A stretch of 64,000 bases of DNA from positions 64,001 to 128,000 of the forward strand of contig CBDBPB010000008.1 of the NCBI GenBank assembly GCA_965208615.1. The letters are read 5' to 3'. Source of the stretch: Spirochaetota bacterium. GTDB lineage: Bacteria > Spirochaetota > UBA6919 > CBDBPB01. The notes below the pieces were generated by a model. It was not told the origin of the DNA. It saw only the letters and a list, made by a program, of their open reading frames with translations, and did not search any database. Position numbers and translations under genes: made by a program. This document shows positions 9,347 to 19,391 of the stretch, in pieces. Numbering within the stretch: position 1 is the first letter of the stretch; each line of letters begins with the position of its first letter.

Positions 9347-10627
9347 CTAACAATGTTTTGCTAAGTGAATAATCACCTCAGTACCCATGTTAACTTGACT
9401 GACAACATCAATAGAGCCTTTATGAGCCTCTATTATCTTTTTGCATAAACTCATACCAAGTCCATAGCCCCCTGTCTCAGAAGAACGAGACTTATCAACC
9501 CTATAAAATGGCTCAAAAATATAGGGTAGTTCAGCCTCAGGAATACCACAACCATAATCCTTAACTATAATTATAATAGAACTATCACTTTCTTTAATAA
9601 TAAGCTCTACAGCCTTGTCATTTGGCTTCGAATATCTTATAGCATTGTCTATTAGGTTATTCAATACAATTTTCATTCTGTTAGAGTCAATATCAGCGTA
9701 TATACTATCAACATCAGATGAAAACTTAATATTCGTATTAGGAAAATTAGTTATCACACTCTTAATAAAAAGGACCAAGTCTATGCTTTTTAGTTTAAGC
9801 TTGCCATAATCACTTTTAAGCCTCTCTACCTCAAGTAACTCTTTAACCATACCCTCTAAATAAATTATATCCTCGCTAATACTATCTTTGGTTTTAATAT
9901 CAGATATAAACTCCAAAGCCAGTTTAATTCTGGTAATAGGCGAACGGAGTTCATGACTAACATCCAAAAGAAGCTTCTCCCTTAATTTGAGCATCTGCCT
10001 AACCCTATTGGTCATGTCATTAAAAGAGCGGGCTAACTTACCCAACTGATCCTCAGTCTTAATAGGTATTTGATGAGTTAAATCCCCCTGACTAATACGA
10101 CTAACCCCATAACTAAGCCAGCCTATGGGCTTTAGTATTCTTTTAATAAGAAAATATATAGCCACTAATATAAGAGTAACTAAAATAATTAAAAATATAA
10201 TATTACGATGACTACGTCTTATGGTAATCAAAAAAATGAAATGTGCCTTTTCTTTATGTACTATCTTAAAAATATGGTCTTTATATTGCCCTAGTCCAGC
10301 CTCTCTATCATGGGGATGAAGTTCATTAATATCAGGTATATTATCAGAAGTGCTAAAGCTAGTATTTTCATCATAATAAGCAATATCTATATTAAACTTT
10401 CTTGATATAGCCTTAGCACGAGCATAACTAGGAGGGTTGCCAATATCTCTAACTAAATAATTGACATAGTTATTCAGGTTTTTTTTTAAAACATCACCAT
10501 AAGAATGAGATCTACTTTTAATAAAAAAGCCAAATACTATCAAATTGACAACAATACCAGCTATAATACCCAATAACAATAACTTAGTAAAAATAGATAA
10601 ATTTCTAATATTAATCATATCACTCAA
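9347..10627 (-). CDS. HAMP sensor histidine kinase (CpxA/BaeS-like)
   Basis: Two TM segments, HAMP, H-box SHELRSPITRI, NLIDNAIRY, DYGCGI, GGYGLGM. Confidence 0.93.
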   Translation of the reverse strand: MSDMINIRNLSIFTKLLLLGIIAGIVVNLIVFGFFIKSRSHSYGDVLKKNLNNYVNYLVRDIGNPPSYARAKAISRKFNIDIAYYDENTSFSTSDNIPDINELHPHDREAGLGQYKDHIFKIVHKEKAHFIFLITIRRSHRNIIFLIILVTLILVAIYFLIKRILKPIGWLSYGVSRISQGDLTHQIPIKTEDQLGKLARSFNDMTNRVRQMLKLREKLLLDVSHELRSPITRIKLALEFISDIKTKDSISEDIIYLEGMVKELLEVERLKSDYGKLKLKSIDLVLFIKSVITNFPNTNIKFSSDVDSIYADIDSNRMKIVLNNLIDNAIRYSKPNDKAVELIIKESDSSIIIIVKDYGCGIPEAELPYIFEPFYRVDKSRSSETGGYGLGMSLCKKIIEAHKGSIDVVSQVNMGTEVIIHLAKHC

Positions 10628-11306
10628 TCTTTTTAGCTATAAACATATATCCAGCTCCCCACATAGTCTTAATAAAACTAGGACTCTTAGGATTATCACC
10701 TAATTTATTCCTAAGCCTGCTTATCAAAACATCAACAGACCTATTAAACATATCCCAATCCATACCCCTTAAGTGATCTAATATCTGATCCCTTGTCAAA
10801 ACAGTATTTGGATTCTTTACAAATAAAGATAAGGTTTCAAACTCCGTATTGGTTAATCCAATATCATTACCATCAACATAAGCGCTTAGCCTATCAATAC
10901 TAATAACTAAATTGTAAAACCTTAAGACCTTTTCACTAAACTCTTTACTCCTACGAAATATAGATTGAATACGTGCTACTAACTCTCTAGCCTCAAAGGG
11001 TTTTGGCAAGTAGTCATCAGCCCCTATCTCTAATCCAACAATCCTATCAGTTACCTCACCTCTTGCGGTCAACATGATAATAGGTATATCATAATCCTTT
11101 CTTATTCTTTTGCAGACTTCGAATCCATCCATATCTGGTAACATAATATCCAAAATAATTAGCTGGGGTAAGTCACGCTTTATTGACGTGAATCCATCAT
11201 CAGGACTAGTCGCAGTATATACCTTATAGCCAAATCTACTAAGATACTGTTTAAGTAAGTGATTTAGTTTTCTGTCATCATCAATAACTAATATACGCTT
11301 TTCCAT
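10620..11306 (-). CDS. OmpR-family response regulator
   Basis: ILVIDDD, LDIMLPDMDG, GADDYLPKPF, RSVDVLISRLR, TMWGAGY. Confidence 0.95.
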   Translation of the reverse strand: MEKRILVIDDDRKLNHLLKQYLSRFGYKVYTATSPDDGFTSIKRDLPQLIILDIMLPDMDGFEVCKRIRKDYDIPIIMLTARGEVTDRIVGLEIGADDYLPKPFEARELVARIQSIFRRSKEFSEKVLRFYNLVISIDRLSAYVDGNDIGLTNTEFETLSLFVKNPNTVLTRDQILDHLRGMDWDMFNRSVDVLISRLRNKLGDNPKSPSFIKTMWGAGYMFIAKKIE

Positions 11307-11317
11307 AAACTAACCCT

Positions 11318-11344
11318 AAGAAAAAGGAGGTTAAAAACCTCCTT
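11318..11344 (-). terminator. Intrinsic terminator after the Spy/CpxP-like gene
   Basis: Minus strand AAGGAGGTT-TTT-AACCTCCTT followed by TTTCTT. Confidence 0.7.
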
Positions 11345-11352
11345 CTATAAAC

Positions 11353-11814
11353 CTATTTGTAATAACGTCTATTACGATCTTTAATTCTCTTAAGCTTTTC
11401 AACTAACTTTATCCTCTGATCCGGCGTTAGTATAGCATGGAACTCAGCCAGCTTAGTTACTACAAAGGATTTTGACTCCTTAATCTTATTAAGTTTATCA
11501 TCAAGCAGTTTATTTAACTTATCCTGATCAACCTTATCACTCTCTATTTGAGCGATTAATTCACTTATTACTTCTTTTCTATCCCCTTTGTATTTTTCTC
11601 TGTGGATAAGTATATCATCCTTAATTTTATTAACCTTAATTTTTTGATCTTCACTAAGATCAAGACGACTGCCTAATTTATCAACTATCCAAGTAGCCCG
11701 TTCTTCAGGAGAACTATACTTATACTTAAAATAAAAATAACTAGTTCCCCCAATAACCAAAACTAGTATAAGCCCAAGAGCTATCCAAATCTTTCCTTTT
11801 TTAGTCATAGCCAT
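11353..11814 (-). CDS. Spy/CpxP-family periplasmic chaperone/adaptor
   Basis: N-terminal hydrophobic helix; LDLSEDQK and ILTPDQR (LTXXQ) motifs; adjacent to the OmpR/HK pair. Confidence 0.8.
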   Translation of the reverse strand: MAMTKKGKIWIALGLILVLVIGGTSYFYFKYKYSSPEERATWIVDKLGSRLDLSEDQKIKVNKIKDDILIHREKYKGDRKEVISELIAQIESDKVDQDKLNKLLDDKLNKIKESKSFVVTKLAEFHAILTPDQRIKLVEKLKRIKDRNRRYYK

Positions 11815-11885
11815 ACTCCTTTAATTAGTTTTTTATCTTACATACCTAATATGAACCAAAAAAGTTAATAAGCCGTGTCAAAAGT

Positions 11886-11900
11886 GTAACAAAATGTAAC
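11886..11900. promoter_or_regulatory. Putative CpxR-like direct-repeat operator GTAAC-N5-GTAAC
   Basis: GTAAC AAAAT GTAAC about 70 bp upstream of the Spy/CpxP-RR-HK cluster. Confidence 0.5.
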
Positions 11901-12096
11901 AAATAACAAAAATATTATAATCTTCATCCGTTAAAAACGTTAGAACCCTTAATAACACTATATAAATAAAAATAACTTAACCATATATAAAAATTAATAT
12001 ATACAAAATTATACTACACTTTTTATACGGTTTAACTAAATTCTTTATAATACTAAAATAAAATCCCAAAAATATGTTAGAGGTGTAAAATAATAT

Positions 12097-13977
12097 ATGT
12101 GCGGTATTGCTGGTTTCACTAACTATAACTCCAACCTAAATAACAAAACTATAATAAATAATATGACAAATACCCTAAACAAAAGAGGACCAGATGATAA
12201 AGGCTTCTACTTCGATAACCACATAACCCTTGGACATAGACGATTAAGCATCATAGACCTATCAACAGGGCATCAACCAATAACTAATGAAGATAATAGT
12301 ATAATCATAATACTAAACGGTGAAATATATAACTTCCCACAACTAAAAAATGAGCTACTTAATAAAGGACACAAGTTTAAAACTAAATCTGATACAGAAG
12401 TTATTGTCCACCTCTATGAGGAACATAAAGAAAACCTACTACAATACCTAAATGGAATGTTCTCATTTGCACTATGGGATAAAAATAATAAAGTACTATT
12501 ATTAGCACGGGATAGAGCCGGTAAAAAACCTCTATATTATACCCAAATAAATGGAGAGCTAATATTTGCATCCGAGTTAAAAGCTATATTAGAATATCCA
12601 CTTTTTAATAGAGAGATTGATAGGCTATCCCTTTATAAGTACCTTGCCCATGAGTATGTACCCACTCCAAATAGTATATTTAAGAATGTGAAAAAGCTCC
12701 CAGCCGCCTCATACATGATATTCAAAAACGGTAAAGAACAAATCAAGCCATATTGGGACTTTAACCTATCAAAATCATACAACAATAAACTCTCAGAACA
12801 AGACATCATAATAGAACTCGATAAGCTTATGTTAGAGTCAGTAAGACGAAGACTAATTAGCGACGTACCCCTTGGAGTGTTCCTAAGCGGTGGTATAGAC
12901 TCTAGTACTATAGTTGCCTATATGGCGGATATAATGCCTTCTAAGTCTATTAAGACCTTCTCTATAGGCTTTGAGGATAAGTCCTTTGATGAGTCCAGCT
13001 TTGCAAGAGACGTAGCCAACTACTTTAACACATCCCACCATGAGAAAATATTACACCCCAAAACATTAGTGGATATACTCCCAGAAGTAACGTCCTTCTT
13101 GGATGAGCCTTTTGCAGACGCATCTATTATCCCAACTTATTTATTGTCCAAGTTCACAAGAGAAAACGTTACAGTCGCACTAGGTGGTGATGGCGGTGAT
13201 GAGCTGTTTATGGGATACCCTACCTTTCAAGCTAATAAACTCGCCAGCATATATAACCTTGTACCAAACTTTATACACCAAAACATATACAAACTTGCAC
13301 AAAAAATACCTGTATCCATGGATAACATTAGTATAGACTTTAAAATTAAACAATTTTTATATGGCGTAAAGGCTCATAAAGACTACCGTGAACAACTATG
13401 GCTTGGTGCATTTAATAATACGGCTATCAATGAGTTAACAAATAATAACATCAACCTAACAGAAAATGAACTCTTTAGCGAGGTAATCCACTTTAATCAA
13501 AACTCTAATACCAATACCAACCTGGATAGGCTTTCCTACTTTTACGTTAAAACATACCTACACGACGATATACTCGTAAAAGTGGATAGGGCAAGTATGG
13601 CAACCTCACTGGAAACAAGAGCCCCATTCCTAGACGTTAATGTAATGGATTATATTGGCACTATCCCACATAAGTATAAGCTCAATAACCTTAAAATGAA
13701 ATATATACTTAAAAAGATGCTGTATAACCGTTTGCCAAAGCATATACTGGATAGGCCTAAAAAAGGTTTTGGTATACCAGTTGCAAAGTGGTTTAGGGAT
13801 GACCTAAAATCCCTTGTATTAGATGTATTCTCTGAGGACAAAATTAAAAGAGAAGGACTGTTTAAATATCCATATATTAAAAAGCTCTTGGATGACCACT
13901 TTAACGGTACAAAGGATAATCGCAAAAAACTATGGACTCTATTTATGTTTGAAATGTGGCTCGATAAGTGGAGTTAA
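12097..13977 (+). CDS. asnB: Asparagine synthase-like glutamine amidotransferase
   Basis: N-terminal MCGIAG, RGPD, GHRRLSIID, LSGGIDSS, GGDGGDELF, KVDRASM, RPKKGFGIP. Confidence 0.92.
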   Translation: MCGIAGFTNYNSNLNNKTIINNMTNTLNKRGPDDKGFYFDNHITLGHRRLSIIDLSTGHQPITNEDNSIIIILNGEIYNFPQLKNELLNKGHKFKTKSDTEVIVHLYEEHKENLLQYLNGMFSFALWDKNNKVLLLARDRAGKKPLYYTQINGELIFASELKAILEYPLFNREIDRLSLYKYLAHEYVPTPNSIFKNVKKLPAASYMIFKNGKEQIKPYWDFNLSKSYNNKLSEQDIIIELDKLMLESVRRRLISDVPLGVFLSGGIDSSTIVAYMADIMPSKSIKTFSIGFEDKSFDESSFARDVANYFNTSHHEKILHPKTLVDILPEVTSFLDEPFADASIIPTYLLSKFTRENVTVALGGDGGDELFMGYPTFQANKLASIYNLVPNFIHQNIYKLAQKIPVSMDNISIDFKIKQFLYGVKAHKDYREQLWLGAFNNTAINELTNNNINLTENELFSEVIHFNQNSNTNTNLDRLSYFYVKTYLHDDILVKVDRASMATSLETRAPFLDVNVMDYIGTIPHKYKLNNLKMKYILKKMLYNRLPKHILDRPKKGFGIPVAKWFRDDLKSLVLDVFSEDKIKREGLFKYPYIKKLLDDHFNGTKDNRKKLWTLFMFEMWLDKWS

Positions 13978-14594
13978 ATAACATTATCTAATCTAACGTA
14001 GTTATCTACTATATCAGCTATTGCCTTATGGACATCATCAACAGACTTTGATGAGTCCACCCTAAAAATAAACTTATGATCAAAACTATCAAACAAAGCT
14101 TTCACCTTAGTAAGATAGTCAGCAGTCTCAAAACTATCAGTCTTATCTTGTCTCTTTTCTGTGATACGCTTTAGAGCTTTATCAACATCCAGCTCCAATA
14201 GTATAACTATATCTGGAACAGGTGCAAAGCTTTCATTATCCTTTAGAATGCTTTGTGGATCAATACCCCGTACTCCCTGATAGGCCGCTGTAGAGAAGTA
14301 ATATCTATCCAGAATAACTACCTCTTGATTATCAAAAGCTGGTACTACATTATTCTTAAGATTCTCTTTTCTGTCAAGGATAAAAAGCTTATACTCCTCT
14401 TTGGGTTCTAACCTCTTATTGACTTTAGCTAACTGCCTTATTCTATTACCATACTCACTATCAGACGGCTCTTTTAAAAGCCTTACCTTGCAACCCTTAT
14501 CTCGTAAATACTTAACCAGCATATTACACTGAGTTGTCTTGCCTACACCGTCTATACCCTCTATAGCAATTAATTTTACTTGTCCATTATCCAT
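13974..14594 (-). CDS. tmk: Thymidylate kinase
   Basis: IAIEGIDGVGKTTQ, KEP, ILDRYYFSTAAYQG, PDIVILL. Confidence 0.93.
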   Translation of the reverse strand: MDNGQVKLIAIEGIDGVGKTTQCNMLVKYLRDKGCKVRLLKEPSDSEYGNRIRQLAKVNKRLEPKEEYKLFILDRKENLKNNVVPAFDNQEVVILDRYYFSTAAYQGVRGIDPQSILKDNESFAPVPDIVILLELDVDKALKRITEKRQDKTDSFETADYLTKVKALFDSFDHKFIFRVDSSKSVDDVHKAIADIVDNYVRLDNVI

Positions 14595-14664
14595 ATTAGA
14601 TCATCCTAATATATTTATTAGTGATAGTCATCAATATCCATATTGTATTATATATTTTATAGGG

Positions 14665-15666
14665 CTAACTAGGAGTACCAATAAACTTAATATCAGCAGT
14701 CATACTACTAATGGTACTACACTTTAGCTTAATACTATGAGCCTTTGCATTCTCTATAACCTGCTCTGCTCTGCGAGCACCACATAAAATATGAGTTATA
14801 CCAGTTTGAGCTATAGTCCACGCTAACACTAACTGACCCATACTACAATTATACGACTCAGCAATAGAAGTCCATTTATCAAGGAGGTTTAACACTTTCT
14901 GTCTATTCTCAAGTTTATACCAAGGATTCCACATACTATTACCCCTCCACTCAGCCTTATCAAAAACCTTATCCATATTGATTTTGCCCGTTAATAATCC
15001 CTGCTCCAAAGGCTGATATGCCAATATACTAATACTCTTATCCACGCAATACGGTATAATATCCTTTTCTATATAACGCCACAACATACTATATCTAAGT
15101 TGTACGCTATCAATATCCCCTATTTCAACGTTATCCCTAAGCTGACTCACGGATACATTAGATATACCAATAGCCCTAATCTTACCCTGATCCTTTAATT
15201 TAGTCAATATATCAATAGTATCAGCTATTGGAGTTTTATCAGGCTTAGCCGATGGCCAATGAGTTTGATAGAGGTCTATATAATCGGTGTTAAGACGTCT
15301 TAGGCTGTTCTCAACCTCAATAGCTATTGTATCCGGCCTTAAAGATCTGCGTATCTCCTTACCATCAAGAGTACCAAATGCTGATCCCTTTTGATCATCC
15401 CACCATAATCCACATTTAGTGGCAATAATAACCTTATCCCTAATACCCTTAATAGCACTGCCAACAATAGACTCACTCCTACCAAAACCGTATACAGGTG
15501 CAGTATCAATTAAGTTTACCCCAAGGTCAATAGATGAGTGAATAGTATTAATAGATTCCTTATCCACAGGCTCTTTGCCCCATCCTTGTCCTCCACCCAT
15601 TGACCATGTACCAAGACCTATTACAGAGGCATTTATATCAGATTGTCCTACTAGCTTATATTCCAT
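14665..15666 (-). CDS. Aldo/keto reductase
   Basis: IGLGTW, IDTAPVYGFGRSE, ATKCG, SLRRLNTDYIDLYQTHWP, IGISN. Confidence 0.93.
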   Translation of the reverse strand: MEYKLVGQSDINASVIGLGTWSMGGGQGWGKEPVDKESINTIHSSIDLGVNLIDTAPVYGFGRSESIVGSAIKGIRDKVIIATKCGLWWDDQKGSAFGTLDGKEIRRSLRPDTIAIEVENSLRRLNTDYIDLYQTHWPSAKPDKTPIADTIDILTKLKDQGKIRAIGISNVSVSQLRDNVEIGDIDSVQLRYSMLWRYIEKDIIPYCVDKSISILAYQPLEQGLLTGKINMDKVFDKAEWRGNSMWNPWYKLENRQKVLNLLDKWTSIAESYNCSMGQLVLAWTIAQTGITHILCGARRAEQVIENAKAHSIKLKCSTISSMTADIKFIGTPS

Positions 15667-15754
15667 GTTTTACCTGTTAGTTTAGCATACATTAATGGAT
15701 AACTTAAAAATAGACAAAATAGTATAGAAAATCAAACAAGGCTAAACAATATTA

Positions 15755-18094
15755 TTAACTTTCGATAATTATATCCTTTTCTCTTTTATAAAAGTTGGCT
15801 TGTTTTATATTGTTTACTTTTCGGTAGGCCCTAATAATGTTATTATAACATCTTGCCACTAACCTGTCTGTCATATTAAGCCTTTTATAGTTTATAATGG
15901 CCATCTTTAAATGTTTTATAGCACTATTAAATCTTTTTATATTATAATATATAACCCCAATGTTGTTATAGGTATTAGCCATACCTTCTATATCCTTTAT
16001 CCTTATTTTTATTTTGAGGGACTTCTTATAATATTCTAATGCTTTATTATAGTCCTTTTTAACGTTATAAACGGCTCCAATGTTATTAAGGCATGTAGCC
16101 ATGTTAAATTTATCACCATACTTTTTATATATTGTAATGGCCTTATTAAAATGGTATATTGCTTTATCATAATTAGATTTACTATATTGGCTATACCCAA
16201 TCTTAAGGTGATTTTGAGCTTCTTTTGAGTCTATATACTGCTTTAATTTTTTCTTGGCAATATTTAACTTTATAGTATTTTTATTTTGAACGTAAATATT
16301 TATTGCTTTTTTCTGATAGTAAATAGATTGACTAATATTTTGTTTATTATAGCTTTTTTTTGCAAGATTATTATAGTTATCCCCCAGAATAGACAAGTTA
16401 CTACCAGAAGCAGGAATATAATTTAATCCCTTTCTATAAAAGTTTATTTTTTCTTCTGAATTACTACTTTCTTTTCCTAATGCAAAGTAGCACTCAGCAA
16501 GCCTATTATCAATATTTTTGTATTTAACTCCTCCTCGTCTTACTACTCCAAGGAACATACTCACCGCAGACTCATATTTACCTTGATTTTGTAGTCTTAT
16601 AGCTTTAGCATACATAGCTTTTAGTAGTTGGTCCTCTTTGGCTAATAGCAGTTGTCTTTGGAGTAGGGTATTAAATAAAATATAGTTATTTCTTTCTTCT
16701 TTAAACTTTGACCCTATAATGGGTAGCATTTTTGGCCTGTGGATATATATACTGCCTTCCTGGAAAGCGGATATCTTACTATTTATGTAGGAGTTTATAG
16801 TTTCAAACCTGACCTCTGCTTGGCTTTCACTAAAAGAGAAGTCCGCAAAGAAGGATACAAACAGCATAGTAAACAATCCATTACCTTTATTATTGGCGTT
16901 TATCTGATCCAATAGTCTGTAGGACCTCCTAAAATATTTATTATATTTATTTGTATATACACCTTCTTTTTTGTCCTTTGATACAAGATTACTATAAAAC
17001 CTTAATACATTTTCTTTTAAGCCATCCTCTTCGGTTATTCGTATAAGATTTGTAGTAGTTTGATTTATATAAGAACTATCCATAATTAAAACAGTATCGT
17101 TAGCAAAGGAGTTTACAAGACCATAAAAGGCTTTGGGCTTAATGGACTTCATATCAGTAAATATTGGCATTCCATTATTATTAGAGTGTCCTGAATATAT
17201 TATCATAATAAGTTCGTCTATATTAATGGTTTTGATAAACTTATTAAACTCTGACTTAAAGCTATTTAGGGTTATATTCTTTGTTGTATAAATTCTCTCT
17301 AGCGGTGTATCCAAAATTATATTAAACAGATTTTTGTATACTATTAGATCATTCTCAGTATACCTTAATTTATACTTATCATCATCGTAATCCTGATTGA
17401 CTATAATAAAGGCACGTATCTTAGGTTTTCTGTAGTTTTTGTATGATGATAGGTAATCTCTTTTATTGATACGTAATTCTGGTGATCTATAAATATAAGG
17501 GGCAAGTTTTTTATCTTCCTTGTTGTTTAGGTAGTCAAAGTAGGGCGAAGATATTGTCTTTTGTCTTTGTGTTCTACTTTTTGCTATAAAGCCATAAGGA
17601 CTTTTAGACTTAATTTCTTTTTCTTTTACTGGAGTATATAAAATATATCTATTTTTTGTAAGACTATTAGTTTTTTTATATGTAGGACTATCTAATAAAT
17701 ATGGACTTTGTTTTTTTTTTCTTTTGAAACTAATTAATCCATATCTATTTTTTGTTAGTTTTTTTATTTTATCTTCTTTATCAGAGGTTCGCAAAAGGTA
17801 GGATGAAGACGTTATTTTATTTAGTTTACTTTCTTTTTTAGAGTTAATTAATCCGTATCTATTTTTAGTTATGAATTTAAGTTTTTCTTCTTTAGGATGG
17901 CTTACTAATAAATATGCGCCTTTTGCTTTGGCCGATTTTAAAGGTTTATCCTTAAGTCCATAGGGATGGGATGATTTACTCTTATCTATATGAAAAGGCT
18001 TAGTCGTCTTACTAGAACTACATAACGTTAAAACCATCAATAGGATTATGTTATATATTATAAAAAAGCTTTTACAATTAAGCCCTATATTCAT
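15755..18094 (-). CDS. Exported pseudo-caspase (peptidase C14 fold, Cys->Ser) with N-terminal Tyr repeats and C-terminal TPRs
   Basis: Hydrophobic N-terminus ending LTLC; IIVNQDY, YSGHS, MDSSY, GNGLFT, HRPKM; TPR motifs (MATCLNNIGAVY, ALEYYKKSLKI). Confidence 0.8.
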   Translation of the reverse strand: MNIGLNCKSFFIIYNIILLMVLTLCSSSKTTKPFHIDKSKSSHPYGLKDKPLKSAKAKGAYLLVSHPKEEKLKFITKNRYGLINSKKESKLNKITSSSYLLRTSDKEDKIKKLTKNRYGLISFKRKKKQSPYLLDSPTYKKTNSLTKNRYILYTPVKEKEIKSKSPYGFIAKSRTQRQKTISSPYFDYLNNKEDKKLAPYIYRSPELRINKRDYLSSYKNYRKPKIRAFIIVNQDYDDDKYKLRYTENDLIVYKNLFNIILDTPLERIYTTKNITLNSFKSEFNKFIKTINIDELIMIIYSGHSNNNGMPIFTDMKSIKPKAFYGLVNSFANDTVLIMDSSYINQTTTNLIRITEEDGLKENVLRFYSNLVSKDKKEGVYTNKYNKYFRRSYRLLDQINANNKGNGLFTMLFVSFFADFSFSESQAEVRFETINSYINSKISAFQEGSIYIHRPKMLPIIGSKFKEERNNYILFNTLLQRQLLLAKEDQLLKAMYAKAIRLQNQGKYESAVSMFLGVVRRGGVKYKNIDNRLAECYFALGKESSNSEEKINFYRKGLNYIPASGSNLSILGDNYNNLAKKSYNKQNISQSIYYQKKAINIYVQNKNTIKLNIAKKKLKQYIDSKEAQNHLKIGYSQYSKSNYDKAIYHFNKAITIYKKYGDKFNMATCLNNIGAVYNVKKDYNKALEYYKKSLKIKIRIKDIEGMANTYNNIGVIYYNIKRFNSAIKHLKMAIINYKRLNMTDRLVARCYNNIIRAYRKVNNIKQANFYKREKDIIIES

Positions 18095-18111
18095 AACCTT
18101 AACTATGTATT

Positions 18112-18657
18112 CTAGAACCTATAACCAATTGATGGAGTTACATCCAAAAAAAATCCCATTCCACCTGCATGTACTTTTACACTTAATCCAAGATATAGGT
18201 TATTATATATATAGAATTCTGTACCAAGTGCAAAGGCTCCACCATGTTTTTCAGTATTTTCGTTATCGTATCCACTTAGATATAAAAACTCATATCCTAC
18301 TTCTATGAATATAACAAACCAATCCGGAAAGTTAGAGTTACCAAAAATAAATCTAATACCTAAAAAGATAACGTGTACCATATTGTCATTGCTAATAGAG
18401 GGAATATTAAAATTATGAAAAGTATAATTAAGTCTAAACTGAGTCATAACCTCAGTACTAATTCTAGCTATATCTATTCCTATACCAAGCCCAAAACCTG
18501 TTGAGTGACCAATAACATCAGCAGGCTTATTAAAAGGCCTTGGAGCAAAAGTAAATTGAGCCTCTATATTTAATAAAGGAAATAATGACTTTGAAGTTAA
18601 TAGCAAAAAAACCACTAAGATTAACCTTAGTAAAGGCTTTTTTATCATAATATACAC
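18112..18657 (-). CDS. Small outer-membrane beta-barrel protein
   Basis: Signal peptide, alternating amphipathic strands, C-terminal beta-signal SIGYRF. Confidence 0.7.
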   Translation of the reverse strand: MYIMIKKPLLRLILVVFLLLTSKSLFPLLNIEAQFTFAPRPFNKPADVIGHSTGFGLGIGIDIARISTEVMTQFRLNYTFHNFNIPSISNDNMVHVIFLGIRFIFGNSNFPDWFVIFIEVGYEFLYLSGYDNENTEKHGGAFALGTEFYIYNNLYLGLSVKVHAGGMGFFLDVTPSIGYRF

Positions 18658-18676
18658 CTTTTATCTTATTTTTAAG

Positions 18677-19267
18677 TTATAAATCATCTTCATCATCTTC
18701 AGTTAGTTGTTGTTGATATACCCATAGTTCTATCCAGTCTATATAGGTATAGTCCTCTCTTGATAAATGTTTAATTGAGGGATTTATACCAAGAGGCATT
18801 CCATCACTCAAAATGGGATCTATACTCAAAAGAGATCTTATAATATGCCATTTACTCTCCCTAATCCTTACTGCACCAAGAAGTTTAGAAGGTGTATAAA
18901 AACCTATAAGAGCTCTAAAAGGATTATCAGTTTTAACTTTAGCTATGATTAGATAGCTTGTTTTTGGTATTCGCCTTACTCTAGTGTTATAATAAACACT
19001 ACCCCCATTAGTACTATATCCAAACTCGAATATGCCGTTTTTTACTTTTACCACTCCACCCTTTCCTGTTTGAGTGATGAGTTCATGGTTCCACTCTTGA
19101 GTATTGTTATAAAAGTCCCATCTTTTAGCTAACACCCATCCACTGGATATCATAACCTCATAATGATGGTTTTTATTTGCATAACTCATTGCTAAATCGT
19201 TACCACAAGAGCTTGTTATAATTAATACTAATGTCAATAGGCTAAGCCTTAAAATAAAAGCTATCAT
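18677..19267 (-). CDS. Hypothetical lipoprotein, beta-sandwich/CBM-like
   Basis: Lipobox-like IITSSC, beta-rich body, YIDWIELW end strand, acidic tail. Confidence 0.65.
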   Translation of the reverse strand: MIAFILRLSLLTLVLIITSSCGNDLAMSYANKNHHYEVMISSGWVLAKRWDFYNNTQEWNHELITQTGKGGVVKVKNGIFEFGYSTNGGSVYYNTRVRRIPKTSYLIIAKVKTDNPFRALIGFYTPSKLLGAVRIRESKWHIIRSLLSIDPILSDGMPLGINPSIKHLSREDYTYIDWIELWVYQQQLTEDDEDDL

Positions 19268-19391
19268 TTTATATACCTAATTTAGCTATATCTCTCATAT
19301 AGACTAGGTTATAGTCAATTTTAGTATAAAAACACCTAACTTACTATTTTAGATATAATTTATGTTCTAATTTAGCTTAAGGTTAATAATA

